Below are positions 16,932 to 24,471 of a DNA stretch of 24,471 nucleotides, piece after piece; the stretch's first letter is position 1, and every line of letters begins with the position of its first letter. The notes under the pieces are model-generated. The model was not told where the DNA came from and searched no databases. It worked only from the letters and a program-made list of their open reading frames with translations. The position numbers and the translations under genes are program-made. The stretch spans positions 1 to 24,471 of the forward strand of contig JAHQWJ010000112.1 in NCBI GenBank assembly GCA_029856125.1. The letters are read 5' to 3'. Source of the DNA: Promethearchaeia archaeon (GTDB lineage Archaea > Asgardarchaeota > Lokiarchaeia > Sigyniarchaeales > SOKP01).

Positions 16932-18188
16932 CTAATGTTCGTATTGATAAGCAAATTCTTTAATCTTTAATCCCTTCCTTATGCCTTCTTTCAAATCCTT
17001 ACGAGATCTTTTATAATACTTGAACATTCCCGTCCCGTCTAAATCTTTTGGTGCTTCTACGATGCAGGATCCTTCTTTCTCGCCTCCTGAGGTGACCTCG
17101 TTCCAATTAACATCTTCCTTTCTTTGTTGAGAGATATAAGGCATTTTAGCAAAAACGCATAAATTTCTCCCTTGTTCTCCAGTATATATAGGATCAGTTC
17201 CTTTTTTAATCGCGTCAATAAAATGTTCAGTTGAATTTATGAATGAATAACGCCAGTCGCGAGGTAAATCTTCGCCGTAAACTTTGACTTCTCCGTCTCT
17301 GTAAACTACAACGGGAGGATATTGTGGAGTTTTAGATATAAAATTTCCCCCCGAAGTACATTGGTTAATCCACATCATCCCTTTCGTTCCAGAAATTTCG
17401 ATGTATTCGTCGCAATCGTAGTAATTACTTGGATAATAAAGATTAGGAGCAAGAGTAAACTGCATCGAACCAAATTTTGGAGGATCGTTGTCGTTTTTGT
17501 TAGGATATGTCCAGAAAATTATACTTGGCATATCATAGGTGTTCGTAAAATAATCTATCCAACTATATACTTTTTCAACTCTTTCTTGTTCCATTAACCA
17601 CAAAGCCATAGAAAATTTGTGAATTCCATCGTCATATATCCCAGGACCTCCACCACACATATCTACTTTTAAACGCCAATCAAATGATGTAAGATCAACA
17701 CGCATACTAGGACCTCCCGTTTTAACGGTGTTTATTCTGAAATTTAAAAGCTCTCCAATTGCTCCATTATCTAATAACTCTTTTGCCTTCAAATAAACGG
17801 GATAAAATCTAAAATTCTCGTAGAGTTTAAGCGTAACTCCTTCGTCTTTGCATACTCGAATCATTGATTCGCAGGCTGTAATAGTATGTGCCATCGGTTT
17901 TTGCACGGAAACTCCAGAAACTCCTGCTTTTGCGCAATATTCCGCCATGGGTCCGTGAAGATGGTGAGGGGTGAGTATCTCTACAATATCTAAATCCTCG
18001 CGATCTACCATTTCTTTGTAATCAAGATAGATTTTCGTTGTGCGCAATCCCCATCTTTCCAATTTTTGACCAGCTGTTTTAATATCATGATCACTTACAG
18101 CTACAAGTTCGGCGTCTTGCGAGCGGAGGTATCCTAACACGTTTAAATTTGCAATATCGCCTGTTCCTATAATTCCAACTTTTAGCAT
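16932..18188 (-). CDS. Gfo/Idh/MocA-family NAD(P)-dependent oxidoreductase (paralog B)
   Basis: KVGIIGTG, TPHHLH, VQKPMA, YENFRF and GGG..YDDGIH. Confidence 0.88.
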   Translation of the reverse strand: MLKVGIIGTGDIANLNVLGYLRSQDAELVAVSDHDIKTAGQKLERWGLRTTKIYLDYKEMVDREDLDIVEILTPHHLHGPMAEYCAKAGVSGVSVQKPMAHTITACESMIRVCKDEGVTLKLYENFRFYPVYLKAKELLDNGAIGELLNFRINTVKTGGPSMRVDLTSFDWRLKVDMCGGGPGIYDDGIHKFSMALWLMEQERVEKVYSWIDYFTNTYDMPSIIFWTYPNKNDNDPPKFGSMQFTLAPNLYYPSNYYDCDEYIEISGTKGMMWINQCTSGGNFISKTPQYPPVVVYRDGEVKVYGEDLPRDWRYSFINSTEHFIDAIKKGTDPIYTGEQGRNLCVFAKMPYISQQRKEDVNWNEVTSGGEKEGSCIVEAPKDLDGTGMFKYYKRSRKDLKEGIRKGLKIKEFAYQYEH

Positions 18189-18362
18189 TTTCTAAAAACA
18201 AAGTAAAATTAAGTGTTATTTGTTTTAATTTGCTCAAAATTAAAAAGTTTTAGATGAAAGTCAACACGCTCTCAATCTCTCATAATCATAGTATCTAAAT
18301 ATTTTTCGTGCATGAAATGAACCGACAAAAAATAAAACTTTAAATAAATTAACATAGTAAAT

Positions 18363-18382
18363 TAAACTATAATAAACTATAA
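18363..18382 (+). repeat. 10-bp direct repeat TAAACTATAA x2 upstream of the SCP2 gene
   Basis: Exact tandem copies at 18363-18372 and 18373-18382. Confidence 0.6.
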
Positions 18383-18415
18383 TATCATTATTGTACTAAT
18401 ATAAGGTTGAAAAAA

Positions 18416-18841
18416 ATGGTTGATGAAACTTTAATAAAAGAGTTAAAAGAAATGAGAGAAAAGGGTCCTAGTAAACCCTCAGATGCTCTCAAAATGTACG
18501 AGTTTGTTAAACAGATGGTTGATGAAAGCGAGGATTTAAAAGAAGAATTAGAAGACATAGATGCTATGGTGGTTCAACTCGTAGTTACAGACGCTGATTT
18601 TAAATATTGGGTAAAATTGGGGGACGGTACTGTAGGTTATGGTGAAGGTGCCGGTGAAGATCCAAGTGTTACCATGTCTGCAACAGGTGCAACTTGGGCA
18701 GGGCTGTCTTCTGGTGAGATGGACTCTACTAGTGCGTATATGTCAGGTGATTTAGTGATAGACGGAAATCTCCAAGATGCCATTGCATATGGTGAAATTT
18801 TGGCTATCGCTATGGAAGAAGGCGCACAATATTTTGAATAG
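18416..18841 (+). CDS. SCP2 (sterol carrier protein 2) lipid-binding domain protein, acidic
   Basis: VQL.VTD....YWV....G.....EG..EDPSVT.......W....SGE.D...AYMSGDL.IDGNL pattern. ATG 18416; TTG 18407 is an alternative start. Confidence 0.85.
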   Translation: MVDETLIKELKEMREKGPSKPSDALKMYEFVKQMVDESEDLKEELEDIDAMVVQLVVTDADFKYWVKLGDGTVGYGEGAGEDPSVTMSATGATWAGLSSGEMDSTSAYMSGDLVIDGNLQDAIAYGEILAIAMEEGAQYFE

Positions 18842-18875
18842 TAAATTTTTAACTATTGTTTAATTACTATTTATA

Positions 18876-18884
18876 TTTTTTTTT
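18876..18884 (+). terminator. T9 tract, probable terminator of the SCP2 gene
   Basis: Nine T residues about 35 nt after the stop. Confidence 0.4.
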
Positions 18885-18930
18885 CTATTTTTAAAGCAAG
18901 AATTTTCAAATAAGAGGTTTTATTAGAATT

Positions 18931-19680
18931 ATGAACTCACAATCACTCAAGGATATTACTCAGGATTGGAGAAATAACCCTAATAGAGCTGTGTGTGTAA
19001 TTGGTTTCGGATCGAGTAATACAGAACAACATTGGCATTCATTGGGTCATTTCAACTGGTTTTCATGGCTTGGATGTTCTCTTAGAGAATGGGTAGGAAG
19101 ACATGTTACTATGATTAATCAAGGGATAAATGGAGAAACAGCTGAAGACCTTCTTAAAAGAATAGATAGAGATGTAATCTCATTTAAGCCTAATCTCGTC
19201 ATCGTAACTATTGGTGGAAACGACACATGGAAAGGATGTACAATCGAAGAATATAAAAAGACTTTAGCTCAAGTAGTTAAGATAATTAAGGAAAATAACG
19301 CAATCCCCGTCCTACAAACATATTATTGTCTTTTATACAATAAAATGGCAGAAATATTTAAGAAATTTCCACAATTTGTTGACGTGAACAGGCAGTTGTC
19401 TCAAGAATTTAATATTCCTATCATTGACCAATACAAATATTTTTTTCCATTTTACGAAAACGATCCTGAAAATTATTCAAAAATAATGTTAGATGGATTA
19501 CACGTAAATCAAATTGGTAACGCAATTATGGGTATAATTGCGTGTCGCAGTTTTTCATTACCAGATCCGATATTTCTCAAAGATAGAAAAGTCATAAAGA
19601 CATATTTAGCGATGATGGAAAAATGCTGTGATTTACCTAAGCGAGTAAGCAAAAAAAGTATAAGTTTGAGTAAAAAATAA
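18931..19680 (+). CDS. SGNH/GDSL-family hydrolase (esterase/lipase)
   Basis: Block I GFGSSNT, block II NQGINGET, block III IGGND and block V DGLH. Confidence 0.85.
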   Translation: MNSQSLKDITQDWRNNPNRAVCVIGFGSSNTEQHWHSLGHFNWFSWLGCSLREWVGRHVTMINQGINGETAEDLLKRIDRDVISFKPNLVIVTIGGNDTWKGCTIEEYKKTLAQVVKIIKENNAIPVLQTYYCLLYNKMAEIFKKFPQFVDVNRQLSQEFNIPIIDQYKYFFPFYENDPENYSKIMLDGLHVNQIGNAIMGIIACRSFSLPDPIFLKDRKVIKTYLAMMEKCCDLPKRVSKKSISLSKK

Positions 19681-19786
19681 TTTAGCGTCATTCTCCCGAA
19701 TACATCTCACATCTTTTTTCCAATTAAAATATGGAATAAAAAATAACTTTATCTGAATAAAAAAATTTATGATTCTATTGAATATA

Positions 19787-19807
19787 ACTCTTAATAGTAT
19801 AAAGAGT
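19787..19807. promoter_or_regulatory. Imperfect palindrome ACTCTTAATA-G-TATAAAGAGT upstream of the ether-lipid operon (candidate operator)
   Basis: 10-bp arms with 9/10 complementarity, about 40 bp upstream of a TATA-like TTATAATA at 19844. Confidence 0.4.
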
Positions 19808-19879
19808 GGGATTTTGTTTTTAATAAATAAAAATCTTAATCGGTTATAATATCAAAAAAAAAAAACGGAACTGAATTCT

Positions 19880-20620
19880 ATGAATATTCCATTAGATTTA
19901 TTGATTCTACTATTAACATTTATTTATGTGTTTGCTACTATTCTAATACCCGTCCAATTGAAAAAAAGAGACAAAATTACTAAATTCCAAGCTCGTAAAG
20001 TCGTACATCTATTAGCTGGGTTAGCAGTTTTATCAGCTCCTTATTATTCCTGGCCATGGTGGGCTGTAATACTAGCTGGTTCAATGACATTTTTAACTTT
20101 TTTAAGTAAAAAAAAAAGCAGTGTAAAACAATTAAAAGATTTGTACGATTCAATTGGAGAAGAAGCAGAGGAAAAAGTAGGTTATCTACAGGGACCATTT
20201 CATTACTGTCTTTCAATTACTATATTAATTACTATTTTCGTTATCTTTGCACCAGATCAAATGTATTTCCCTATTGCGGGAATCCTGTTGATGATTATTT
20301 CAGATACGCTCGCATCGATCATTGGTAAAAAATATGGAAAAAGAAAAATAAAACTTCCGTGGGTAAATACTATTAGGACCTTAGAAGGCTCTCTAGCTTT
20401 TTTTATTAGTGGTTTTTTGCTTTGCTTCTTTGCGTTCACCTTTTTAGGAGTTGCAAATCCAATAACACAAGAACATCTCTCGTTTGAAGTTGCTCTTATA
20501 TATTCGTTAATTACTAGTGCTTTGGCGACCATAATTGAATTAATATCTCCATCGACATGGGACGATTTAACAATCCCTATTGCTACTGTGGTATGCGTAT
20601 TCTTATTAACTCTAATTTAA
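19880..20620 (+). CDS. CTP-dependent membrane kinase of the phytol kinase VTE5/dolichol kinase Sec59/Dgk1 family
   Basis: ARKVVHLLAG, GPFHY, SDTLASIIGKKYG, RTLEGSLAFF and IEL......DDLTIP. About 7-8 TM helices. Confidence 0.82.
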   Translation: MNIPLDLLILLLTFIYVFATILIPVQLKKRDKITKFQARKVVHLLAGLAVLSAPYYSWPWWAVILAGSMTFLTFLSKKKSSVKQLKDLYDSIGEEAEEKVGYLQGPFHYCLSITILITIFVIFAPDQMYFPIAGILLMIISDTLASIIGKKYGKRKIKLPWVNTIRTLEGSLAFFISGFLLCFFAFTFLGVANPITQEHLSFEVALIYSLITSALATIIELISPSTWDDLTIPIATVVCVFLLTLI

Positions 20621-20649
20621 TCAATATTCTTATTTTTACCTAGATTCCT

Positions 20650-22050
20650 ATGGAAAATTTAAATAATAACTTTGATGTCATTGTCGTTGGTGCGGGAACT
20701 GGAGGAAGTATTGCTGCTCGATTTGCAGCCGAAAAAGGTTTAAAAGTTTGTCTTATCGATAGAAAAGAGAAGAAAGACATTGGGAATAAAATCTGTGGGG
20801 ACGCAGTAGGAAATGAAATATTTGATTTTCTTAAAATAAAGCATCCTAAAGGTGACGAACTTTCATGCAAAATCAAAGGAGCTAAGTTATACTCTCCCGA
20901 CTTGAAGAAATGTATAGATTTAACCGATCCAAAACAAGCTGGATATATTGTCAATAGGATAGAATATGGTCAAAGATTGCTTAACGAAGCATTAGATGCC
21001 GGTGTGGAGCAATTTATCGATAATACAATGGCTTTAGATTTACTATATACTCAAAAAACGGTTTCCGGGGTAAAAGTAAAACGAAAGAATGGAGAAAAAG
21101 TAGATTTGCGATCTAACATTTTAATAGATGCATCTGGATTTTATTCTCCCCTTAGAAAAAATATAAAAAGCACATTAATAGAAAAGGAAATACTAAAGGA
21201 AGACAGTATTTTATGTTACAGAGAAATAGTAAAGTTTTCTCCTCAGGATCTAAATATAACTAATCCTGATTATATTTCAATCATTTTAAATCGAGATAAA
21301 GCGCCAGGAGGATATATCTGGTACTTTCCGAAAAACGAATCGTCCCTTAATATTGGACTAGGGACATTCATGAATCTTAAAGGTAAGGTTAAAAACTTAT
21401 ATCATCAAAATGTTTTTAATAAATTCATTAAAACCTCAAAATACGAAATTATTTCGTCAGGTGGAGGTGTAGTGCCAGTTAGAAGGCCTCTTTGGTCTTG
21501 TGCAGCTGATGGAATTATGTTCGTTGGAGACTCTGCTTGTCAGGTAAACCCTCTTCATGGAGGTGGAATTGATCCTTCAATGAGAGCTGGTTTTTATGCC
21601 GCTAAAACTGCTGTAGCCGCTTTTGAAAAAGAGGATTTCTCCATCAAAGCACTATGGAACTATAATTATAGTGTTATGACTAGTTTTGGAGCTGAGTTTG
21701 CTTCCTTAGATTTATTACGAATGACGCTACAGGTTTTAACCAACGAAGAGTTAAATTTTGCTTTAAAGCAAGACTTATTTAGCGGTGAAGAAATTCTCGA
21801 AATCTCTTCAACTGGAGAATTTGAACTCCCAATCCTCAGTATGGTAAGCAAGGCGTTTAAAGGGATTACTAAGCCAAATTTATTATTAGATTTGAATTAT
21901 TTAAGAATACGGATGAATGAGATTTCTAAATTATACAAAAATTTTCCCATGGACATTAATAATTTCGACGAGTGGAAAAATCGTGCCATTCAGATATATG
22001 ATAAAATTAAGAAAATGTTAATAAATACAAAAAAAGGTAAAGAATTATAA
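20650..22050 (+). CDS. Digeranylgeranylglycerophospholipid (geranylgeranyl) reductase
   Basis: FAD motif VIVVGAGTGG, KICGD, PGGYIWYFP (PxxYxWxFP) and GDSA.QVNPLHGGGI; lipid operon context. Confidence 0.88.
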   Translation: MENLNNNFDVIVVGAGTGGSIAARFAAEKGLKVCLIDRKEKKDIGNKICGDAVGNEIFDFLKIKHPKGDELSCKIKGAKLYSPDLKKCIDLTDPKQAGYIVNRIEYGQRLLNEALDAGVEQFIDNTMALDLLYTQKTVSGVKVKRKNGEKVDLRSNILIDASGFYSPLRKNIKSTLIEKEILKEDSILCYREIVKFSPQDLNITNPDYISIILNRDKAPGGYIWYFPKNESSLNIGLGTFMNLKGKVKNLYHQNVFNKFIKTSKYEIISSGGGVVPVRRPLWSCAADGIMFVGDSACQVNPLHGGGIDPSMRAGFYAAKTAVAAFEKEDFSIKALWNYNYSVMTSFGAEFASLDLLRMTLQVLTNEELNFALKQDLFSGEEILEISSTGEFELPILSMVSKAFKGITKPNLLLDLNYLRIRMNEISKLYKNFPMDINNFDEWKNRAIQIYDKIKKMLINTKKGKEL

Positions 22051-22062
22051 CAAGTGAATTTT

Positions 22063-22881
22063 ATGGCTGAAGTATTGAAAAGAAATTCTCTGAAGATAAG
22101 CACCTACGAATATTTAATAAATAAAATAAATCGAGATGGTACGCTCCACTTTTCCTTAATAGATCCTGATCCCACCAAACAAAACCCTTCCAAAGCGGGA
22201 AAAATGGCCCTTTTCGCTGAACAAGCTGGAACCGATGCCATTTTAATTGGTGGAAGCACGGTATTTGACCAAAAATTCGTCGAGGCAACAATATTGGCCA
22301 TAAAGGAAAACGTGAAAGTACCTGTTATAATTTTTCCTGGAGGTGTTGCCAATCTATCAAAAGAGGCGGACGCAATCTTATTTATGTCTATTTTAAATTC
22401 GGAGGACCCTTATTTTATAGTAGGACAACAAGCGATTGCCTCCTATACAGTTAAAATGTCAAATCTCGAAATATTATCCACCGGGTACTTAATCATAGAA
22501 CCTGGTGGCACTGCAGGTTGGATAAGTAGAGCTAAACTACTTCCAAGAAAAAAACCAAAGTTAACGGCAGCGTATTCTTTAGCTGCAGAATATTTTGGAT
22601 TCAAGTTTATATATCTAGAAGCTGGTTCAGGTAGCGAAAGAATACCATCAGATATTATTAAAATGTGTTCAAGTATTTTAAGTATTCCAATAATTGTGGG
22701 AGGAGGTGTAAGTTCTAAAGAAGATGCAAGAAGTTTTGTTGAAGCAGGAGCTGATATCATTGTCATGGGAACATTTTTGGAAAATCACATTTTAAAGGAC
22801 AATGGGAACACTCTAAAAGCAATTATCGACGAAATTAAGGAATCCGGTAAAAATCTTAAAAAGAATTATAGTCTAAAATAA
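22063..22881 (+). CDS. Geranylgeranylglyceryl phosphate synthase (group II GGGPS)
   Basis: LIDPD, IGGST, IFPG, ADAILFMSILNS, GYLIIEPGGTAGW, YLEAGSG, IVGGG and GADIIV.GT. ATG 22063; GTG 22054 is an alternative start. Confidence 0.93.
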   Translation: MAEVLKRNSLKISTYEYLINKINRDGTLHFSLIDPDPTKQNPSKAGKMALFAEQAGTDAILIGGSTVFDQKFVEATILAIKENVKVPVIIFPGGVANLSKEADAILFMSILNSEDPYFIVGQQAIASYTVKMSNLEILSTGYLIIEPGGTAGWISRAKLLPRKKPKLTAAYSLAAEYFGFKFIYLEAGSGSERIPSDIIKMCSSILSIPIIVGGGVSSKEDARSFVEAGADIIVMGTFLENHILKDNGNTLKAIIDEIKESGKNLKKNYSLK

Positions 22882-22900
22882 AAAAATTTCGTTCTATTCT

Positions 22901-23773
22901 ATGAAGTTTAAAGACGCTATTGAGATAACTCGACTTATTAATTGTTTAATGGGAGCTTTGACCGTAATTATCGGGTTATTAAATACGCGTTCAAATGTAC
23001 CTTTTGACAAATTAACGATAAATATCATTCTAGGCGTTTTTACATACATTTTCCTCGCAGCTTCAGGTAATATTATCAACGATGTATATGATATCGAAAT
23101 TGATAAAATAAACAGACCAGAACGTCCTATTCCAAGAGGTTCAATAAGTTTAAAACAGGCTAAAGAACTATTTTTTCTTTATCTTATCATCGGAATAATT
23201 TTTAGTTTAGTAAATACGCTCATTTTAAGTTTACCCTTGATAAATTTAGCATTGGCATTTTTCTTTGGGTTTATTGCCTGGGTCTACGCAAAATGGGGTA
23301 AAAAAAGCGGTTTTTTTGGAAATATTATTGTGGGTGTTTCTTTCTCGATTGGATTAGTGTATGGTGCGTATTTAAATACACCAATTATCCCTCCATATAT
23401 CTTCTATTTTTTTATTACCGCATTCTCTCTTTTAGTGGCTCGAGAGATTATAAAAGGTTGTGAAGACATCGAAGGAGACAAGAATCATGGAGTAAAAACA
23501 TTAGCTATTAAAATCGGAATTAAATCTTCTAGAAATATTTCGGTGATATTTGTTCTATTAGCGGTGATGTTTTTTATTTTACCAATATTTACAACCATAC
23601 TCAATTTTTTCTTTTTCATCGTTTTCATGGCTATTGGTTTAATCGAAGTAGGATACATAATCGTTCTAATGTTTACTTCAGATCTAAGAAAAGAAGATTT
23701 AAAAAAAATTAGCTTACTACTAAAAATAGGGATGTTTTTAGGATTAATCGCTTTCTTTTTTGCGAGTTTGTAG
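22901..23773 (+). CDS. Digeranylgeranylglyceryl phosphate synthase (UbiA-family prenyltransferase)
   Basis: NDVYDIEIDKINRPERPIPRG and AREIIKGCEDIEGD Asp-rich motifs; multi-TM; directly follows GGGPS. Confidence 0.9.
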   Translation: MKFKDAIEITRLINCLMGALTVIIGLLNTRSNVPFDKLTINIILGVFTYIFLAASGNIINDVYDIEIDKINRPERPIPRGSISLKQAKELFFLYLIIGIIFSLVNTLILSLPLINLALAFFFGFIAWVYAKWGKKSGFFGNIIVGVSFSIGLVYGAYLNTPIIPPYIFYFFITAFSLLVAREIIKGCEDIEGDKNHGVKTLAIKIGIKSSRNISVIFVLLAVMFFILPIFTTILNFFFFIVFMAIGLIEVGYIIVLMFTSDLRKEDLKKISLLLKIGMFLGLIAFFFASL

Positions 23774-23795
23774 CATATTATTAGAGAATTCTGAT

Positions 23796-24471
23796 TTAAA
23801 CCTTTTGGACTGCTTGATAATCTCCAATCATTTTAATGATATCTAAGACGCTACCTTTTTCAATCAGAGCTTTTAAATGCTTCTTTTTCTCTACTTCAAG
23901 TTCATAAGGGAATGTCTCAATAATTTTCCTGACTTGGGTCAATCCAAGATATTTTCTTGTATAATTGGCGTTAGAATATTTATATGTTGTTAGAAATTCG
24001 CTATCTAACTTCTCTCTAAAATATTCCAATACGATATTGAAATAATTCCGTAATAGAAGCTGATCGTTAAAACTTAACTCTGGATTAAGAAAAATCTGTA
24101 TGGGATGGGTGCGATAAGTATTTCCAGATACATATATCCCATTAACTCCAAAATGTTCCTTAACAATTCCTAAGCCTGCTCTTCCATCAATAGCGCCTGT
24201 ATCCACAGTTCGAACGTAAAGAATGTTTCTATGCAACTTCTCTTGTAAATTTTTGTTTACTTTGAGAATCACCTTTTTATAATGATTATTTTCATATTTA
24301 TTAGCATCGATGACGGAAGTCTCAAATGTGCCTGAATTTTTTATAACTTCATCGTGCTGTAAATAGTAACTAACCCTTAATGGATTATGCGCAGCATACT
24401 CTTCTAAAAATTCATCGAATTCAGAACCCGCTCGATATTTATATTTTGGGGCTAAACGATATTCTCTGTTC
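23796..24471 (-). CDS. 3' part of a longer gene truncated by the window end; possibly the C-terminal domain of an adenine DNA methyltransferase
   Basis: The frame stays open from 24470 through the track GTG at 24272, adding 66 codons (NREYRLAPKYKYRAGSEFDEFL...). VDTG..DGR.GL and FN..LE.FRE..DSEFLT.YK.....RK resemble N6-MTase C-termini as I recall them; function is tentative. Confidence 0.6.
   Translation of the reverse strand, partial: NREYRLAPKYKYRAGSEFDEFLEEYAAHNPLRVSYYLQHDEVIKNSGTFETSVIDANKYENNHYKKVILKVNKNLQEKLHRNILYVRTVDTGAIDGRAGLGIVKEHFGVNGIYVSGNTYRTHPIQIFLNPELSFNDQLLLRNYFNIVLEYFREKLDSEFLTTYKYSNANYTRKYLGLTQVRKIIETFPYELEVEKKKHLKALIEKGSVLDIIKMIGDYQAVQKV

Noticed and set aside
3361-23079. 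Short track ORFs overlapping larger genes (e.g. 8420-8716, 9209-9517, 13267-13611, 17322-17597, 20640-20954, 22443-22766)
   Set aside because: They lie opposite well-supported genes and have no recognisable motifs.
1-24471. tRNA, rRNA, SECIS or selenoprotein, CRISPR array, transposase
   Set aside because: Intergenic gaps are short and AT-rich without stable GC stems, and I saw no gene broken by an in-frame TGA. Covariance-model searches were not run.

Overview
AT-rich, densely coding archaeal chromosomal segment. The ether-lipid genes, uS2 type, acidic SCP2 protein and GPH-family MFS transporter suggest an Asgard archaeon of the Lokiarchaeia type (inference, not verified). No rRNA, tRNA, CRISPR array or IS was recognised. 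In order: the 3' part of an aconitase-family leuC/hacA plus leuD/hacB (whose conserved N-terminus has no ATG/GTG/TTG), an HD protein, a membrane protein, ribosomal uS2 with a long acidic N-extension and a repetitive S/R tail, a CooC-type ATPase, an MFS transporter, a radical SAM-HhH plus DUF4130 pair, an IolD-like ThDP enzyme plus DUF2284, a solitary N6-adenine MTase, a membrane M28 peptidase, IlvD, DDAH, two convergent paralogous Gfo/Idh/MocA dehydrogenases, SCP2, an SGNH hydrolase, a four-gene ether-lipid operon (CTP-dependent prenol/DAG-type kinase, GGR, GGGPS, DGGGPS), and the 3' part of a possible second MTase. The best leads for an undescribed system are (1) the radical SAM/DUF4130 DNA-processing pair, in which both proteins end in PCNA PIP-box-like motifs, and (2) a VTE5/Dgk1/Sec59-like kinase heading the core ether-lipid operon, a possible archaeol or prenol salvage route. 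All family assignments come from motif recognition by eye; no searches were run.
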